A stretch of DNA of 64,000 nt, from positions 349,456 to 413,455 of the forward strand of contig OY968788.1 in assembly GCA_963695435.1 (NCBI GenBank), given 5' to 3'. The notes under the pieces were generated by a model. That model was not told the origin of the DNA, made no database searches, and worked only from the letters and a program-made list of their open reading frames with translations. Shown piece after piece: positions 1-9,236 of the stretch (position 1 is the first letter of the stretch; each line of letters starts with the position of its first letter). The DNA comes from an uncultured bacterium (lineage in GTDB: Bacteria; Patescibacteriota; Kazan-3B-28). A program made the position numbers and the translations under genes.

Positions 1-1413
1 TGCGGTCAAATACATTGCTTGGAGGATTTTGGATGTACCATGTCACCAACATTCTCCCCAATTCCGCCAGTTTTCCACTGACATCATTTAGTATCTTGAA
101 TAAACTGTCAGCCAGCTTCACATCTTTTGGACGAATATGAAGATGCACAAAGTCGCGACGACTGGAAACCAGCGCGTTGAAATAATTTACCGAAAGCGTC
201 CTTGAAGATGAGCGAATCGCAGATTCTTCAACTCCCAGAGGGTCGAGCATTACAATATTGTATTTATCTAAATTCTCCAGCTCCAAACAGGAACTGCCTG
301 TGGCGACAATCAGATCTGCTTTGCTGTGTTCGGGGAGCAGAGATTTTTTGATTTCGGTTGGAGCGAATTTTTGTTCCCACTGGTAGATTTCATCATTTAC
401 CAGATACAATTTTGACGGGTCACTCCCCCACTCTTCGCGCCAAATAATAATTTTGGCAATTAACTTTGCTTCGATAGCGGAAAGTGAAGGCATTAGTTTT
501 GCCAGTTCCAACTCGCTTCCTTCACGATAGAAAAATTCTTTTCTGTCCCGCACAGCTATATTTATTTTTTGCGCACGGCCGACTTCCCCCCAATCAATTT
601 CCTTCCAAGCGTTGAAAGGCACTACTAGCACGGCCGGCTTTTTAGCAATGGCGTGAGCAGTTGCTAGTGTTAGTTGGTCAACTGAAAAATGGGTTTCGAT
701 GAAATTGACTTTGCCGGTTTCGGCTAGTTTGATTTCAGGCAAAAATTGTTCGGCTTGGTTTAGTCCGTCCACCAAGCTACTTACATGCGGAGTAATGTGC
801 GGAGTGGGAAGTTTTTCGAAAGTCCAATCCAATTTTTCAAACATCCAGCGCCAGTTCCAAGAATCTCCAGGCAAAGTATCCAAAACTTCCTTGCGAGTTC
901 CCGCTTTGAATTCGGCAATTTGTGAAGCTAAAAACTCCATCAAATCAAGCGTCGCCAAAACATCCGCCATTGCACGGTGAGATGGTTGATGTGAAAAATT
1001 AAATCGCCAAGACAAGCCCTCCAAGCTATAGCTGGGTTGTTTGGGGAGAATTGTTTGGGCGAGTTCGAGAGTGTCCAGCAAGTCGCCTTTTAGAGCAAGT
1101 CCTTTGGCATGCAAAAACTCAACATCAAAACTAATGTTGTGTCCGACAATCGGTAGATCTCGAACAAAAGATTCAACCTTGGGCAATATCTCTTCTAATG
1201 TTGGTTGACCGTCCAAGTCTTCATCTTTTATCCCTGTTAGCGCTGTAACGAGTGGACGGAGAGGCAGTTGTTTGGTCGCGACTAAAGTATCGAGGATATC
1301 GATAATCTCTCCCTTGTCGTTCAGTTTGACGGCAGACAATTCGATAATATCGTCGCGCTTGGGGTCGACTCCGGTTGACTCAATATCTAAAACAATAAAT
1401 TCGGTGTATTTCA
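1..1413 (-). CDS. DnaQ-like DEDDh 3'-5' exonuclease domain protein (PolIII-epsilon-like N-terminus fused to a >300 aa C-terminal region); partial, C-terminus beyond window start
   Basis: Open minus-strand frame from ATG at 1411-1413 to window edge (absent from ORF track because stop is off-window); my translation shows Exo I LDIESTG, Exo II GHNISFDVEF, Exo III HRAMADVLAT. Confidence 0.7.
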
Positions 1414-2610
1414 TTACAAGCGGGAGATGACGACTTCTACTTCTTCAGGAGTGAAGCTTACGATCTGAATGTTAGCGGGAACAGAAAACATTGCGGGCGT
1501 AATGGTGATTTGGTTCGTACCGGACAGAGTCCCCTTCATATCTAGGTTTAGCTTGATATCGGAGCGCTTTAGTTGGTTGATGGTCTTAGGATCCCCTGAA
1601 ACCACCACCTGAACGCTGGTTGGGGCAATAGTAGTCACCCCGAAACCTTCGGTTACATTAGCATACTGGGGCACTATGTCCATCTGGCGAGTCCCCTCGC
1701 TGGAACCGATGATGACCCGAGCCATGATTATGTTGTCTCCAACCATTTCTACCCCATTAGGCAAATCGACGGCTACTTGTTCGTTGAAACTCTCACGGTG
1801 ATCACTCAAATTGATAGCGGTTGAGGACAGGAATATTAAACCCTCCAAATTTTTCTGTGGCCCACGAACTTGCGCTAACGGTGGATCAAACACAACTTCC
1901 TGCACCCAAAACCCACCTGGTAGTTCTCCCGTGAAAGTAGGTTGAAGCCCAAGATTGCGAACGCTGGCGCCGAGAACGATTTCCACATCAACTTTTATAT
2001 TTTCTGGCGTTACTCGGAGTGAATGAATGGTTTGGCTGCGAGCATCCTGCACTACTGCTTTTGCGGGTGTAGTGAACGAGGCGCGGTGATTGCTTACATC
2101 AACAAACGCTTTGGCTTGAGAGATTTTATCTAGCAGCGAGGGGGCGCCAAAAACTAATACTTGAGACGGGGTTGGGGTCAGCGAACGAATACTATATTTG
2201 TCATTGGTGTTTCCTTTAGAAAAAGCGATTACATTTACTGCCTTTGAAGAAATCGGTTCCACCGTTATTTTCAATTCTTGAGGGGTGAAGTTGACTATCC
2301 GAATATCTTTGGGGGTTACTTTGGGCTGAATTTTTACGGAATACTCTCCCACGCTGGTGATGTTTGACGCGTCAATAAAAAATTGTAAGGTTTGGTCAGA
2401 CAATCCGGCGACATTACGCACACTCCCGCTAACAGTTGTTTCCACGACAGTGATCGGTTCGGCAATCGCCAGCGTGTCGGAAAGATTCTCTATGATGAGA
2501 GGCGCGGGAATTGTTTTTGTGCGGTCAGCAAATGAGTATATGTTAACCCACACCAAAATGGCGGCGATTAGGACAACCCAGCGCATAATACTCACCGAGC
2601 TAAGACGCAT
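1414..2610 (-). CDS. cdaR: YbbR/CdaR-like regulator of diadenylate cyclase (N-terminal TM, repeated beta-rich domains)
   Basis: 398 aa ORF directly downstream of cdaA, start overlaps cdaA stop; N-terminal membrane anchor; conserved cdaA-cdaR synteny. Confidence 0.55.
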   Translation of the reverse strand: MRLSSVSIMRWVVLIAAILVWVNIYSFADRTKTIPAPLIIENLSDTLAIAEPITVVETTVSGSVRNVAGLSDQTLQFFIDASNITSVGEYSVKIQPKVTPKDIRIVNFTPQELKITVEPISSKAVNVIAFSKGNTNDKYSIRSLTPTPSQVLVFGAPSLLDKISQAKAFVDVSNHRASFTTPAKAVVQDARSQTIHSLRVTPENIKVDVEIVLGASVRNLGLQPTFTGELPGGFWVQEVVFDPPLAQVRGPQKNLEGLIFLSSTAINLSDHRESFNEQVAVDLPNGVEMVGDNIIMARVIIGSSEGTRQMDIVPQYANVTEGFGVTTIAPTSVQVVVSGDPKTINQLKRSDIKLNLDMKGTLSGTNQITITPAMFSVPANIQIVSFTPEEVEVVISRL

Positions 2611-3483
2611 TTACATTCGATGATAAACCAATATGTTCTGTAATAGTTTAGAGAGGTCATTCAGCGGAAGATTTTTGTAAGTGTTGTCACTGCACACCAC
2701 GCTGATATCTCCGGTTGTTCTGTTGGTCAAAACCACAACTGCGTTCAAATCCTTGGCTATTCTTTGGATTGTCGGATCGGTGGGATTGAATAGTACGCGG
2801 GCTTTGGGACGCATCAAAGTTGAGCCGGCGGCAACAATTTTGTTACCTTCAATAATTACCGCACCCTTCCCAAAGACGGAACCGTTACCAAAGAAATCTA
2901 TCAGCAAATCGGAGCGCAGAGGAGAATTCATTTTAGTCCCGTTTTCGATCAATCGCGTAAGAGACTTATCGCGTTTGATGACGAAAAGGGCTGGTTTGTG
3001 GGCGCGAGCTAACACCGCTAGCGCTTCAATTATAGTTTTGATTGCGGTTTGCGAATCGGCCGTGCTCACTCGAGGAGTTGAGATCCGAGTGGCGGGCAGA
3101 TTTATTCTGATATCTGACGATAAAATATGTTTTATTTCAGGGGCGTATAGGGCAGCGATTGCCAGCAGAACGATAATGAGCAAAGCTCCTGTTAGATAAA
3201 AGAGCGCCCAGAGCCCAAGGATTCGAGCGATCAACGCGATAATGAGCAATATAAAAATTCTTGGCGCGATGGTGATAAGTTCGGTACGGCGAAGCTTGCG
3301 ATAGAGCCACCACAGCAGATACGCGACCAAGGCTAGATCAATCAGCCCTATAAGGGAAAACTGGCTAACTAGACCACTCCAAAACAAACCAGCGGTTTCT
3401 TGTACTTGCTGGAAACTTGCTCCAATTTGACTAATAAAAATGTCCCACCAATTCATTGTTAGCACTTTTGACTTTCCTATCAT
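2611..3483 (-). CDS. cdaA: diadenylate cyclase CdaA (c-di-AMP synthase)
   Basis: 290 aa; three N-terminal TM helices then DAC-like domain (GAVIIEGNKIVAAG ... RTTGDISVV); operon with ybbR-like gene. Confidence 0.75.
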   Translation of the reverse strand: MIGKSKVLTMNWWDIFISQIGASFQQVQETAGLFWSGLVSQFSLIGLIDLALVAYLLWWLYRKLRRTELITIAPRIFILLIIALIARILGLWALFYLTGALLIIVLLAIAALYAPEIKHILSSDIRINLPATRISTPRVSTADSQTAIKTIIEALAVLARAHKPALFVIKRDKSLTRLIENGTKMNSPLRSDLLIDFFGNGSVFGKGAVIIEGNKIVAAGSTLMRPKARVLFNPTDPTIQRIAKDLNAVVVLTNRTTGDISVVCSDNTYKNLPLNDLSKLLQNILVYHRM

Positions 3484-3504
3484 ACGGTAAAACTCTCATC
3501 TGAA

Positions 3505-3537
3505 CAAAAAAGAGGGTCCCGCCTTGCGGCAGGACCC
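3505..3537 (-). terminator. intrinsic terminator hairpin GGGTCCTGCCGCAAGGCGGGACCC + U-tract (minus sense)
   Basis: GC stem 3514-3537 with A-run on + strand (= U-run after stem on minus strand). Confidence 0.6.
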
Positions 3538-3766
3538 AGACTGTTCCGTTCTGCTATCGTACAGCGACAACATGTAACTTTACTGCATGCAGTGGGGCTT
3601 TGGTCTTGCCCCGCAAATGATGGGAAAAGGTACCAATGCTTGCCTCCCAAACTTGAGATGAAGGGGCGAGTAATGGGAAAAAACAGCAAACCTAGAGTGA
3701 GAAAAGTTTTGGTAAAGAGCCCTAGATCCGCTGCCGTTGCTTTCATCCTAGCATAAATCGGCGATG

Positions 3767-4837
3767 TTAGATTGGCTTGGGGGTACGGCGGGCTGTTCGC
3801 CAACTATCGTAAATTCTAGCGAATATCCAAACTACTGTAATAGCAACCAAGTTGATTGTGAAATTGATCCACAAATTATTGCTTGGGTACGGAAGAAGTA
3901 AATTCAGGCTTACCAAAACAAAACTTTGGGAAATATAAGTAGCAAGGGAATTCCGTCCGGCCGGGAGCAAAAGCCAGCCCACAATTTTTGTGAAAACAGG
4001 CTCTAGGCTGCGCACTAGCAAATACAATCCCGCAAACCAAATCAGCGCGACAACCAAATGACCTGGAGCCAGCGTCCATTTATCAAACCATTGAGTAAGC
4101 CATCCTCCTTCGTAGCCGTAAAAATGTTTCACCCACAAATTAGTAACTAAAATAATAAATGCTCCTGCAACGACTGACCAACGAAGCCACCGTTGAGCAA
4201 GCTGGGTGAGACCTCCCCAGAGTTTTTCCCAATCGCTGAAATAATATCCGCCGGTTAGACCAATAAAGAACAATACCTGCCACGCCAAAAAGGGATTGTG
4301 CCCTCGCATCAGCCAAATAGTAAGGGAAGTGGCGATTACTAGCCAAGCCTGCTTTTTTGACATCAGCCAAAGTGCCAACGGCGCAAAAATCATATACATC
4401 GTGTAGTAAGGTAGGAAGTCAGTCCAGCCGTAGCTGTATTGAAAAGTAAGAGACCGCCAAAGAAGCTGAAGAAATGGCAGATGTTCGGCTCCCGCCTTAA
4501 TGCCGGGCTGATTGGGCAGCCAAATAGCTAACGCCGTAAATAGTAGAGTAAGCCCCACAGACCAGCCGTAGAGCACCAACGCGCGAAGCCAGAGGCGCTT
4601 CCAAGCCAACATAAAGTTATTTGCTCGCACTTCCCTCCCCCGCAAAAATCCGACTAAAATTCCTGATTCAATAAAAAATCCATCAGCGGCTGAAGCCCAA
4701 AGCAAACCCTTGCCGGTAAACACCTCAAAAAGCGCCGGGAAGCGGTAAATGTGGTCAATCAGAATAACCCAAAGAAAGTATCCGCGCAGTAAATCTAGAG
4801 TAATAATGCGGCGACTGGGAGATGAAGTCATAAACAT
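3767..4837 (-). CDS. polytopic membrane acyltransferase-3/OpgC-like family protein
   Basis: 356 aa, ~10 TM helices, N-terminal LDLLRG motif typical of acyltransferase_3/DUF1624-like proteins. Confidence 0.5.
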   Translation of the reverse strand: MFMTSSPSRRIITLDLLRGYFLWVILIDHIYRFPALFEVFTGKGLLWASAADGFFIESGILVGFLRGREVRANNFMLAWKRLWLRALVLYGWSVGLTLLFTALAIWLPNQPGIKAGAEHLPFLQLLWRSLTFQYSYGWTDFLPYYTMYMIFAPLALWLMSKKQAWLVIATSLTIWLMRGHNPFLAWQVLFFIGLTGGYYFSDWEKLWGGLTQLAQRWLRWSVVAGAFIILVTNLWVKHFYGYEGGWLTQWFDKWTLAPGHLVVALIWFAGLYLLVRSLEPVFTKIVGWLLLPAGRNSLATYISQSFVLVSLNLLLPYPSNNLWINFTINLVAITVVWIFARIYDSWRTARRTPKPI

Positions 4838-4912
4838 ATATTAGCACGACAGAATTTATCTATTTAGGTATTGCAAAAAGCCCAGCTCCAGTTTTTTAGA
4901 CTGGAGCCGAGC

Positions 4913-5965
4913 TTATTTGTCGAAAAGAGCAAGTTGGGGAGGTCTTCCGCGGGGTCCACGAATTTGTAGTTTTCCGAGCCGATAGAGATTGGCCGATGGA
5001 ACCAACCAGCGACAAGTCCCTTCAATCGGACACTGACTACAGGTGTTGAGATAGTTCTCAATGTTCTGCTTTGTCCAACTAATTTCTTTGGGGACTACTG
5101 TAATCACCCGAGAATCTTCATCCCTAGGGACGATACTCTTGTTACCCGGGTGGCATCGACAGGCGATGCTCGACAAGAACCATGTCGCATCACAGAGTTC
5201 GGTTGGATCAACCTTCCGCTCTCGACAGTAGCGTTGAGTCAGTTCCCTAGCAGCAGCGAACATCTTCTCCGTTCGGAAGTTATAGTTGTCCGGTGCGTTA
5301 GACGCGGTGATCAACCCATTTGCGATAATAATCCTCATCGCATGAAAGTCGATCGGAATCGGCATCGATATAGGAGCTACCAACTTTGCCCTCACGAGAT
5401 AGAAGGCTAACATACTTACCATCTTCTCTCGGAACCCACGGAAACCATGGGGATATTCTGGGTTGAATTCCCCTGCTGGTTGACAGATGAGACGCTTGCA
5501 GAGCGTTTCATAGTCAGCATCAGCAAAGAGTGCTCTCGTGTCACCACCCCAGAACTGATGCAGTTTGGTGAAGTTGTCGACCCATTGTCGGCAAGACTCC
5601 TCAATGTGGTTTAGCCGCCGCTTCAAGAGTTCTTCAGCCAGCAACGCCTTGGTTCGGCTAGGCTGGCGAGCGACCAACTCGGGATCGAAGAGCCTTGGCT
5701 GGTCGTCGTGAAGCTTTACCAAACTGTTAAACGCAGTGTAGCTTTGAATGCTACCCTTCATATAACAGCAAACTGCTAACGAGAAATTAGATTCTGCTTT
5801 CCCCCCAATTTTGAGAGTATGGGGCAGAGTATTACTGTCATAGACGGCAGTAGCGATACTGTAGGGATACGCGGGGCGGCGAAGAGCCGCGATTAGCGCA
5901 TCAAAGACTTGGTATGCCCGTTTCCAGTGGGTAACCAACTTAACTTCCCCGTTGCCGTTAGCCAC
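4913..5965 (-). CDS. hypothetical protein, elevated GC (~50%), C-terminal C-x2-C-x5-C cysteine cluster
   Basis: 353 aa ORF; AGGAGG sits 8 nt before second GTG (track start GTG abuts SD), so start probably 5965; composition differs from neighbours. Confidence 0.5.
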   Translation of the reverse strand: MANGNGEVKLVTHWKRAYQVFDALIAALRRPAYPYSIATAVYDSNTLPHTLKIGGKAESNFSLAVCCYMKGSIQSYTAFNSLVKLHDDQPRLFDPELVARQPSRTKALLAEELLKRRLNHIEESCRQWVDNFTKLHQFWGGDTRALFADADYETLCKRLICQPAGEFNPEYPHGFRGFREKMVSMLAFYLVRAKLVAPISMPIPIDFHAMRIIIANGLITASNAPDNYNFRTEKMFAAARELTQRYCRERKVDPTELCDATWFLSSIACRCHPGNKSIVPRDEDSRVITVVPKEISWTKQNIENYLNTCSQCPIEGTCRWLVPSANLYRLGKLQIRGPRGRPPQLALFDK

Positions 5966-6063
5966 GGCTTTCACCTCCTAAAAATATTCTGGTTGTTCAG
6001 GTACCAGTTCTTTAGTGTATGGATTGAGGGGCTTCGGGTCAAATCTGACCGAAAAGCTTGAGG

Positions 6064-6657
6064 TTAGTACACCCCGAGGGAGATGAGTTCTTCTTCTAGC
6101 TGTTCGGGACTTTGGAAATGTATCCCCTTCATCCCAAACTTTCGAGCGCCTTCAACATTTTCTAATTGGTCATCAACAAAAACACACTCTTTGGGAGCGA
6201 CTCCAAGTTTGTTGCACACATAACGATAAATTCTCTCGTCCGGTTTGATAAAACCTACTTCCCACGACCAGACCATTACATCAAACCAAATGGACATATG
6301 AAAAAGTTTTTTGCGAACTTCAGACCATTTCTTGCCCGTGTTGGAGAGAATAGCAAGTTTATATTTATTTTTTAGCCTTTTTACATGTTCCCATGTTCCC
6401 GTGATAGGTTTTATTTTCATTGACCTTCTTTCCAACACAGATGCTTCAACGGGAATTTTAAATTTCTTGACAATGTGTTCAAACAATTGTCTTTCTGTCA
6501 TTTCTCCCAAATCCACTTTGTTGAAAAGCGGTTTGTAGTATGCACGAACAGCAGAACAGTCCAATTTATATTCATCCGCCAATTCAGATATCAGAGGATG
6601 GAGTGTCCTTTTGGCTAATACACCGCTAACATCAAAAATTACCGCCTTGATCCGCAT
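6064..6657 (-). CDS. HAD-superfamily hydrolase
   Basis: MRIKAVIFDVSGVL (motif I DxD-like), FVDDQLENVEGARKFG (motif IV). Confidence 0.75.
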   Translation of the reverse strand: MRIKAVIFDVSGVLAKRTLHPLISELADEYKLDCSAVRAYYKPLFNKVDLGEMTERQLFEHIVKKFKIPVEASVLERRSMKIKPITGTWEHVKRLKNKYKLAILSNTGKKWSEVRKKLFHMSIWFDVMVWSWEVGFIKPDERIYRYVCNKLGVAPKECVFVDDQLENVEGARKFGMKGIHFQSPEQLEEELISLGVY

Positions 6658-6742
6658 GAAGAAATTTTATTTCCACAAGGCGGTAATGTCAATCTATTGA
6701 GAAAGACTGCTTTGTGAATTACGGCAGATTAGTTTTTATATC

Positions 6743-7519
6743 TTAGGCCTTGCTGACGATAATCATCGCACGGACATTGCTGGTGATTGTTTTGTGGTCT
6801 CCAGTCGGATAGTCCCGCATTGCGGCATAGAGTGTCTCGTAAGTGTAGCGATAGTTTCTACCATTGCGCGTCCCCGGATCATTAGTAGTGAACATTCCCG
6901 CTTTGTCGTCATATCCAATGACCACCAAAAAGTGCCGTTCCGGCCCTGCGCCCGTAAAGTTTGGGTTATGCAAAGCTTGCCCATTCATCGGCATCAAGAG
7001 AATATGATTCGCCGCTAATTCGGTTTTGATATCCGTCATCGTAACATTGTACTTTACGGTACCTTTTGTGGTTCCGGTATAACTTTGGAATAGTTTCAGA
7101 GTGTCTGCGGCGGAAGAATCAACATAAGTGCCAAACATGCTTTCCGCCAGTTTTGAAAGAGTAAGAAGATCCGCAAGAGCATTTTCCGTGGAGCCAATCG
7201 ATTCGCCGTTCATCCATTTCGCCCCAATCAATACAGCGGCTTCTTCGCAATCGTTTTGCTGACGATCATCGCTCCATTGCCCCGTGGGCGCTTGGGAAGT
7301 AAACGGAACATTAGCAATGATGAACTTGTTTGGCAGACCATCCGACTGCGTTTGGGCTGTATTGGCAACTGTTGAATTCTCTACTCGATCGGGAGGCGTT
7401 GAGCCGGCATTATTTTGTGGAGCAACTCCTATGGCTAAGCGAGCACCATACCAAACCAGACCAATCAAAATTGGTATTCCGATTATGCCGTAAATAAGAT
7501 TTGGGGTTTTTCTAGCCAT
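6743..7519 (-). CDS. membrane-anchored C39-like (BtrH/C39_2) peptidase-domain protein
   Basis: N-terminal TM, Cys (NDCEEAAV) and later His (ANHILLMPMNG / HFLVVIGYDD) arrangement typical of C39-like papain fold. Confidence 0.5.
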   Translation of the reverse strand: MARKTPNLIYGIIGIPILIGLVWYGARLAIGVAPQNNAGSTPPDRVENSTVANTAQTQSDGLPNKFIIANVPFTSQAPTGQWSDDRQQNDCEEAAVLIGAKWMNGESIGSTENALADLLTLSKLAESMFGTYVDSSAADTLKLFQSYTGTTKGTVKYNVTMTDIKTELAANHILLMPMNGQALHNPNFTGAGPERHFLVVIGYDDKAGMFTTNDPGTRNGRNYRYTYETLYAAMRDYPTGDHKTITSNVRAMIIVSKA

Positions 7520-7528
7520 AGTCGTAAA

Positions 7529-8050
7529 CTAAATTGTTTGAATTGTTGAGATTATTTGGGAAACAAGATTATCTACATTGAGAGAAGTCCGTTCGGTATC
7601 ACAGGCAGTTTTTTGTGGGTCGTCATAGTTGGCGCATTGAACAGAGCGCAAAGCAAACTCCACCTCTACCGTTTTATCTATCTTGGGCATAGCAACGGAA
7701 TAATCGTAAGCGGTGTACACACTACCGGCCGCTCCATCGGTTTGAGCACTAACACAATAGGACAAGCCATCGATAACAAATGGTTCGACTGAACATGTTG
7801 AGGTACCAGACACCAATGTAACTGATGGCGGCCAAGTTTGCGCTGTAATGTAGGTAGTAGCAAGAGGGTCTGGATATTGGTATGAAATACCTTGTTGGGT
7901 ATCGGTGATAGTTTGCCAACCGGAAATTTCACACTGTGCTTTGCCGTTCAGACACTTTGATTGCGAGTGTCCACCTTGCCAAACGAAATATCCCGCGACG
8001 GCAATTATAACAATGGCCGCAAGAAATAGGACTTTATCTAAAGTAGTCAT
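7529..8050 (-). CDS. secreted/membrane-anchored Cys-containing hypothetical protein
   Basis: 173 aa, N-terminal TM/signal anchor, 7 Cys, co-oriented with C39-like gene. Confidence 0.45.
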   Translation of the reverse strand: MTTLDKVLFLAAIVIIAVAGYFVWQGGHSQSKCLNGKAQCEISGWQTITDTQQGISYQYPDPLATTYITAQTWPPSVTLVSGTSTCSVEPFVIDGLSYCVSAQTDGAAGSVYTAYDYSVAMPKIDKTVEVEFALRSVQCANYDDPQKTACDTERTSLNVDNLVSQIISTIQTI

Positions 8051-8052
8051 AG

Positions 8053-8241
8053 TTAGCGAGCCAAGAACTGGAATGCCTGATATACCAAAAACACCGGCCA
8101 GACGAGAGCCTTCAGAAAGCCGAGCACTCCAACTCCAAAACTTGTCGCGGTACTAATGAAATATATTGCCGCTCCGACAAGCCCCAGACCGTAAATAGCA
8201 CCAGAGGGGTGACCACAATGCTGCATCATTTTATTCTTCAT
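8053..8241 (-). CDS. small two-helix glycine-rich membrane protein
   Basis: 62 aa, GLGLVGAAIYF and FGVGVLGFL GxxxG-rich helices; first gene of the minus-strand 3-gene unit. Confidence 0.4.
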   Translation of the reverse strand: MKNKMMQHCGHPSGAIYGLGLVGAAIYFISTATSFGVGVLGFLKALVWPVFLVYQAFQFLAR

Positions 8242-8316
8242 AGGATTACTCCGTGAAAAATTATATTATCTATCCGTAATTTATTATACAGCTTGGTTCG
8301 GAAAAGCCCCAGGGGA

Positions 8317-8346
8317 GAAAGCTTGTCTGGGGGTGGGTTTTGGGTG
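8317..8346 (+). promoter_or_regulatory. candidate sigma70 promoter TTGTCT-N18-TATAGT for the ABC transporter operon (near-leaderless)
   Basis: hexamers read directly; ATG at 8361 is ~15 nt downstream of -10. Confidence 0.35.
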
Positions 8347-8360
8347 TATAGTAGCTAACT

Positions 8361-9236
8361 ATGGGAGTAATCGAGGTCAACAACCTAACCAAGTATTACG
8401 GGCGCGTAAGGGGGGTGGAAGGCCTTAGTTTTAGCGTTAACGAGGGTGAAATCTTCGGATTTTTGGGCCCCAACGGGGCGGGCAAAACTACCGCCATCAG
8501 GCTCATGCTGGATTTTATCCGACCACAAACCGGCAGTATCAGTTTGTTCGGCTTTGACGCCCATCGAGACGCCGCAGCCATTCACCGCTACATCGGTTAT
8601 GTTTCGAGTGAACCGTTTTTGTATCCGTTCATGCGCGGAAGAGAATTGTTGAATTGGCTCAAAACTTTTCGTGCGCAAACTACGGATGATTTGTCAGTTG
8701 CGCGGCTGTGCGAAATTTTGCAGTTCAATCCCAAACACTTTATCAAGAATTATTCCAGTGGCAACCGCAAAAAGCTAGCACTTATTCAGGCACTAATGCA
8801 TCGACCGCGATTGCTAATCCTAGACGAGCCGACCAACGGGCTTGATCCTATTATCAAACAAGATTTTTACGCTATTTTACGCAGTTTGAGGCAGAGCGGA
8901 ACAACGATATTTTTCTCTTCTCACGATTTGACGGAAGTTCAGAAAATATGTGACCGCGTGGCTATTGTCAAAGACGGCAGGGTTGTGGCGGTGGAAGAGG
9001 TGGCAAGCCTCATCCAAAAAAGTAACCTACTTGTGGAAGTAACTTTCAGCCAGATGCCCGATGAAGTAGCGTTAGCCGGGTTCAAGGTCGTTGAGCGCAA
9101 CGGACAATCAATAAAGTTGCAGATGGGGCGGACGGAAATCAATGCCGCGCTAGCTCAACTGAATAACCATCCGATAACCAACATCACCATCTCTCAACCG
9201 ACTTTGGAGGACATATTCTTAACTTGGTACCGATAA
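8361..9236 (+). CDS. ABC transporter ATP-binding protein
   Basis: Walker A GPNGAGKTT, signature YSSGNRKKL, Walker B LLILDEPTNGLD. Confidence 0.9.
   Translation: MGVIEVNNLTKYYGRVRGVEGLSFSVNEGEIFGFLGPNGAGKTTAIRLMLDFIRPQTGSISLFGFDAHRDAAAIHRYIGYVSSEPFLYPFMRGRELLNWLKTFRAQTTDDLSVARLCEILQFNPKHFIKNYSSGNRKKLALIQALMHRPRLLILDEPTNGLDPIIKQDFYAILRSLRQSGTTIFFSSHDLTEVQKICDRVAIVKDGRVVAVEEVASLIQKSNLLVEVTFSQMPDEVALAGFKVVERNGQSIKLQMGRTEINAALAQLNNHPITNITISQPTLEDIFLTWYR

Noticed and set aside
3546-3766. tmRNA, SRP RNA or 6S RNA in the structured segment
   Set aside because: None of the diagnostic motifs is present: tmRNA GGGGCUG...tRNA-like ends, SRP GGAAGCAGCC/AGCAG helix-8 motifs.
3480-3803. 107-aa ORF as a real gene
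   Set aside because: It spans a strong intrinsic terminator hairpin and a highly structured segment. It has no SD and no homology.
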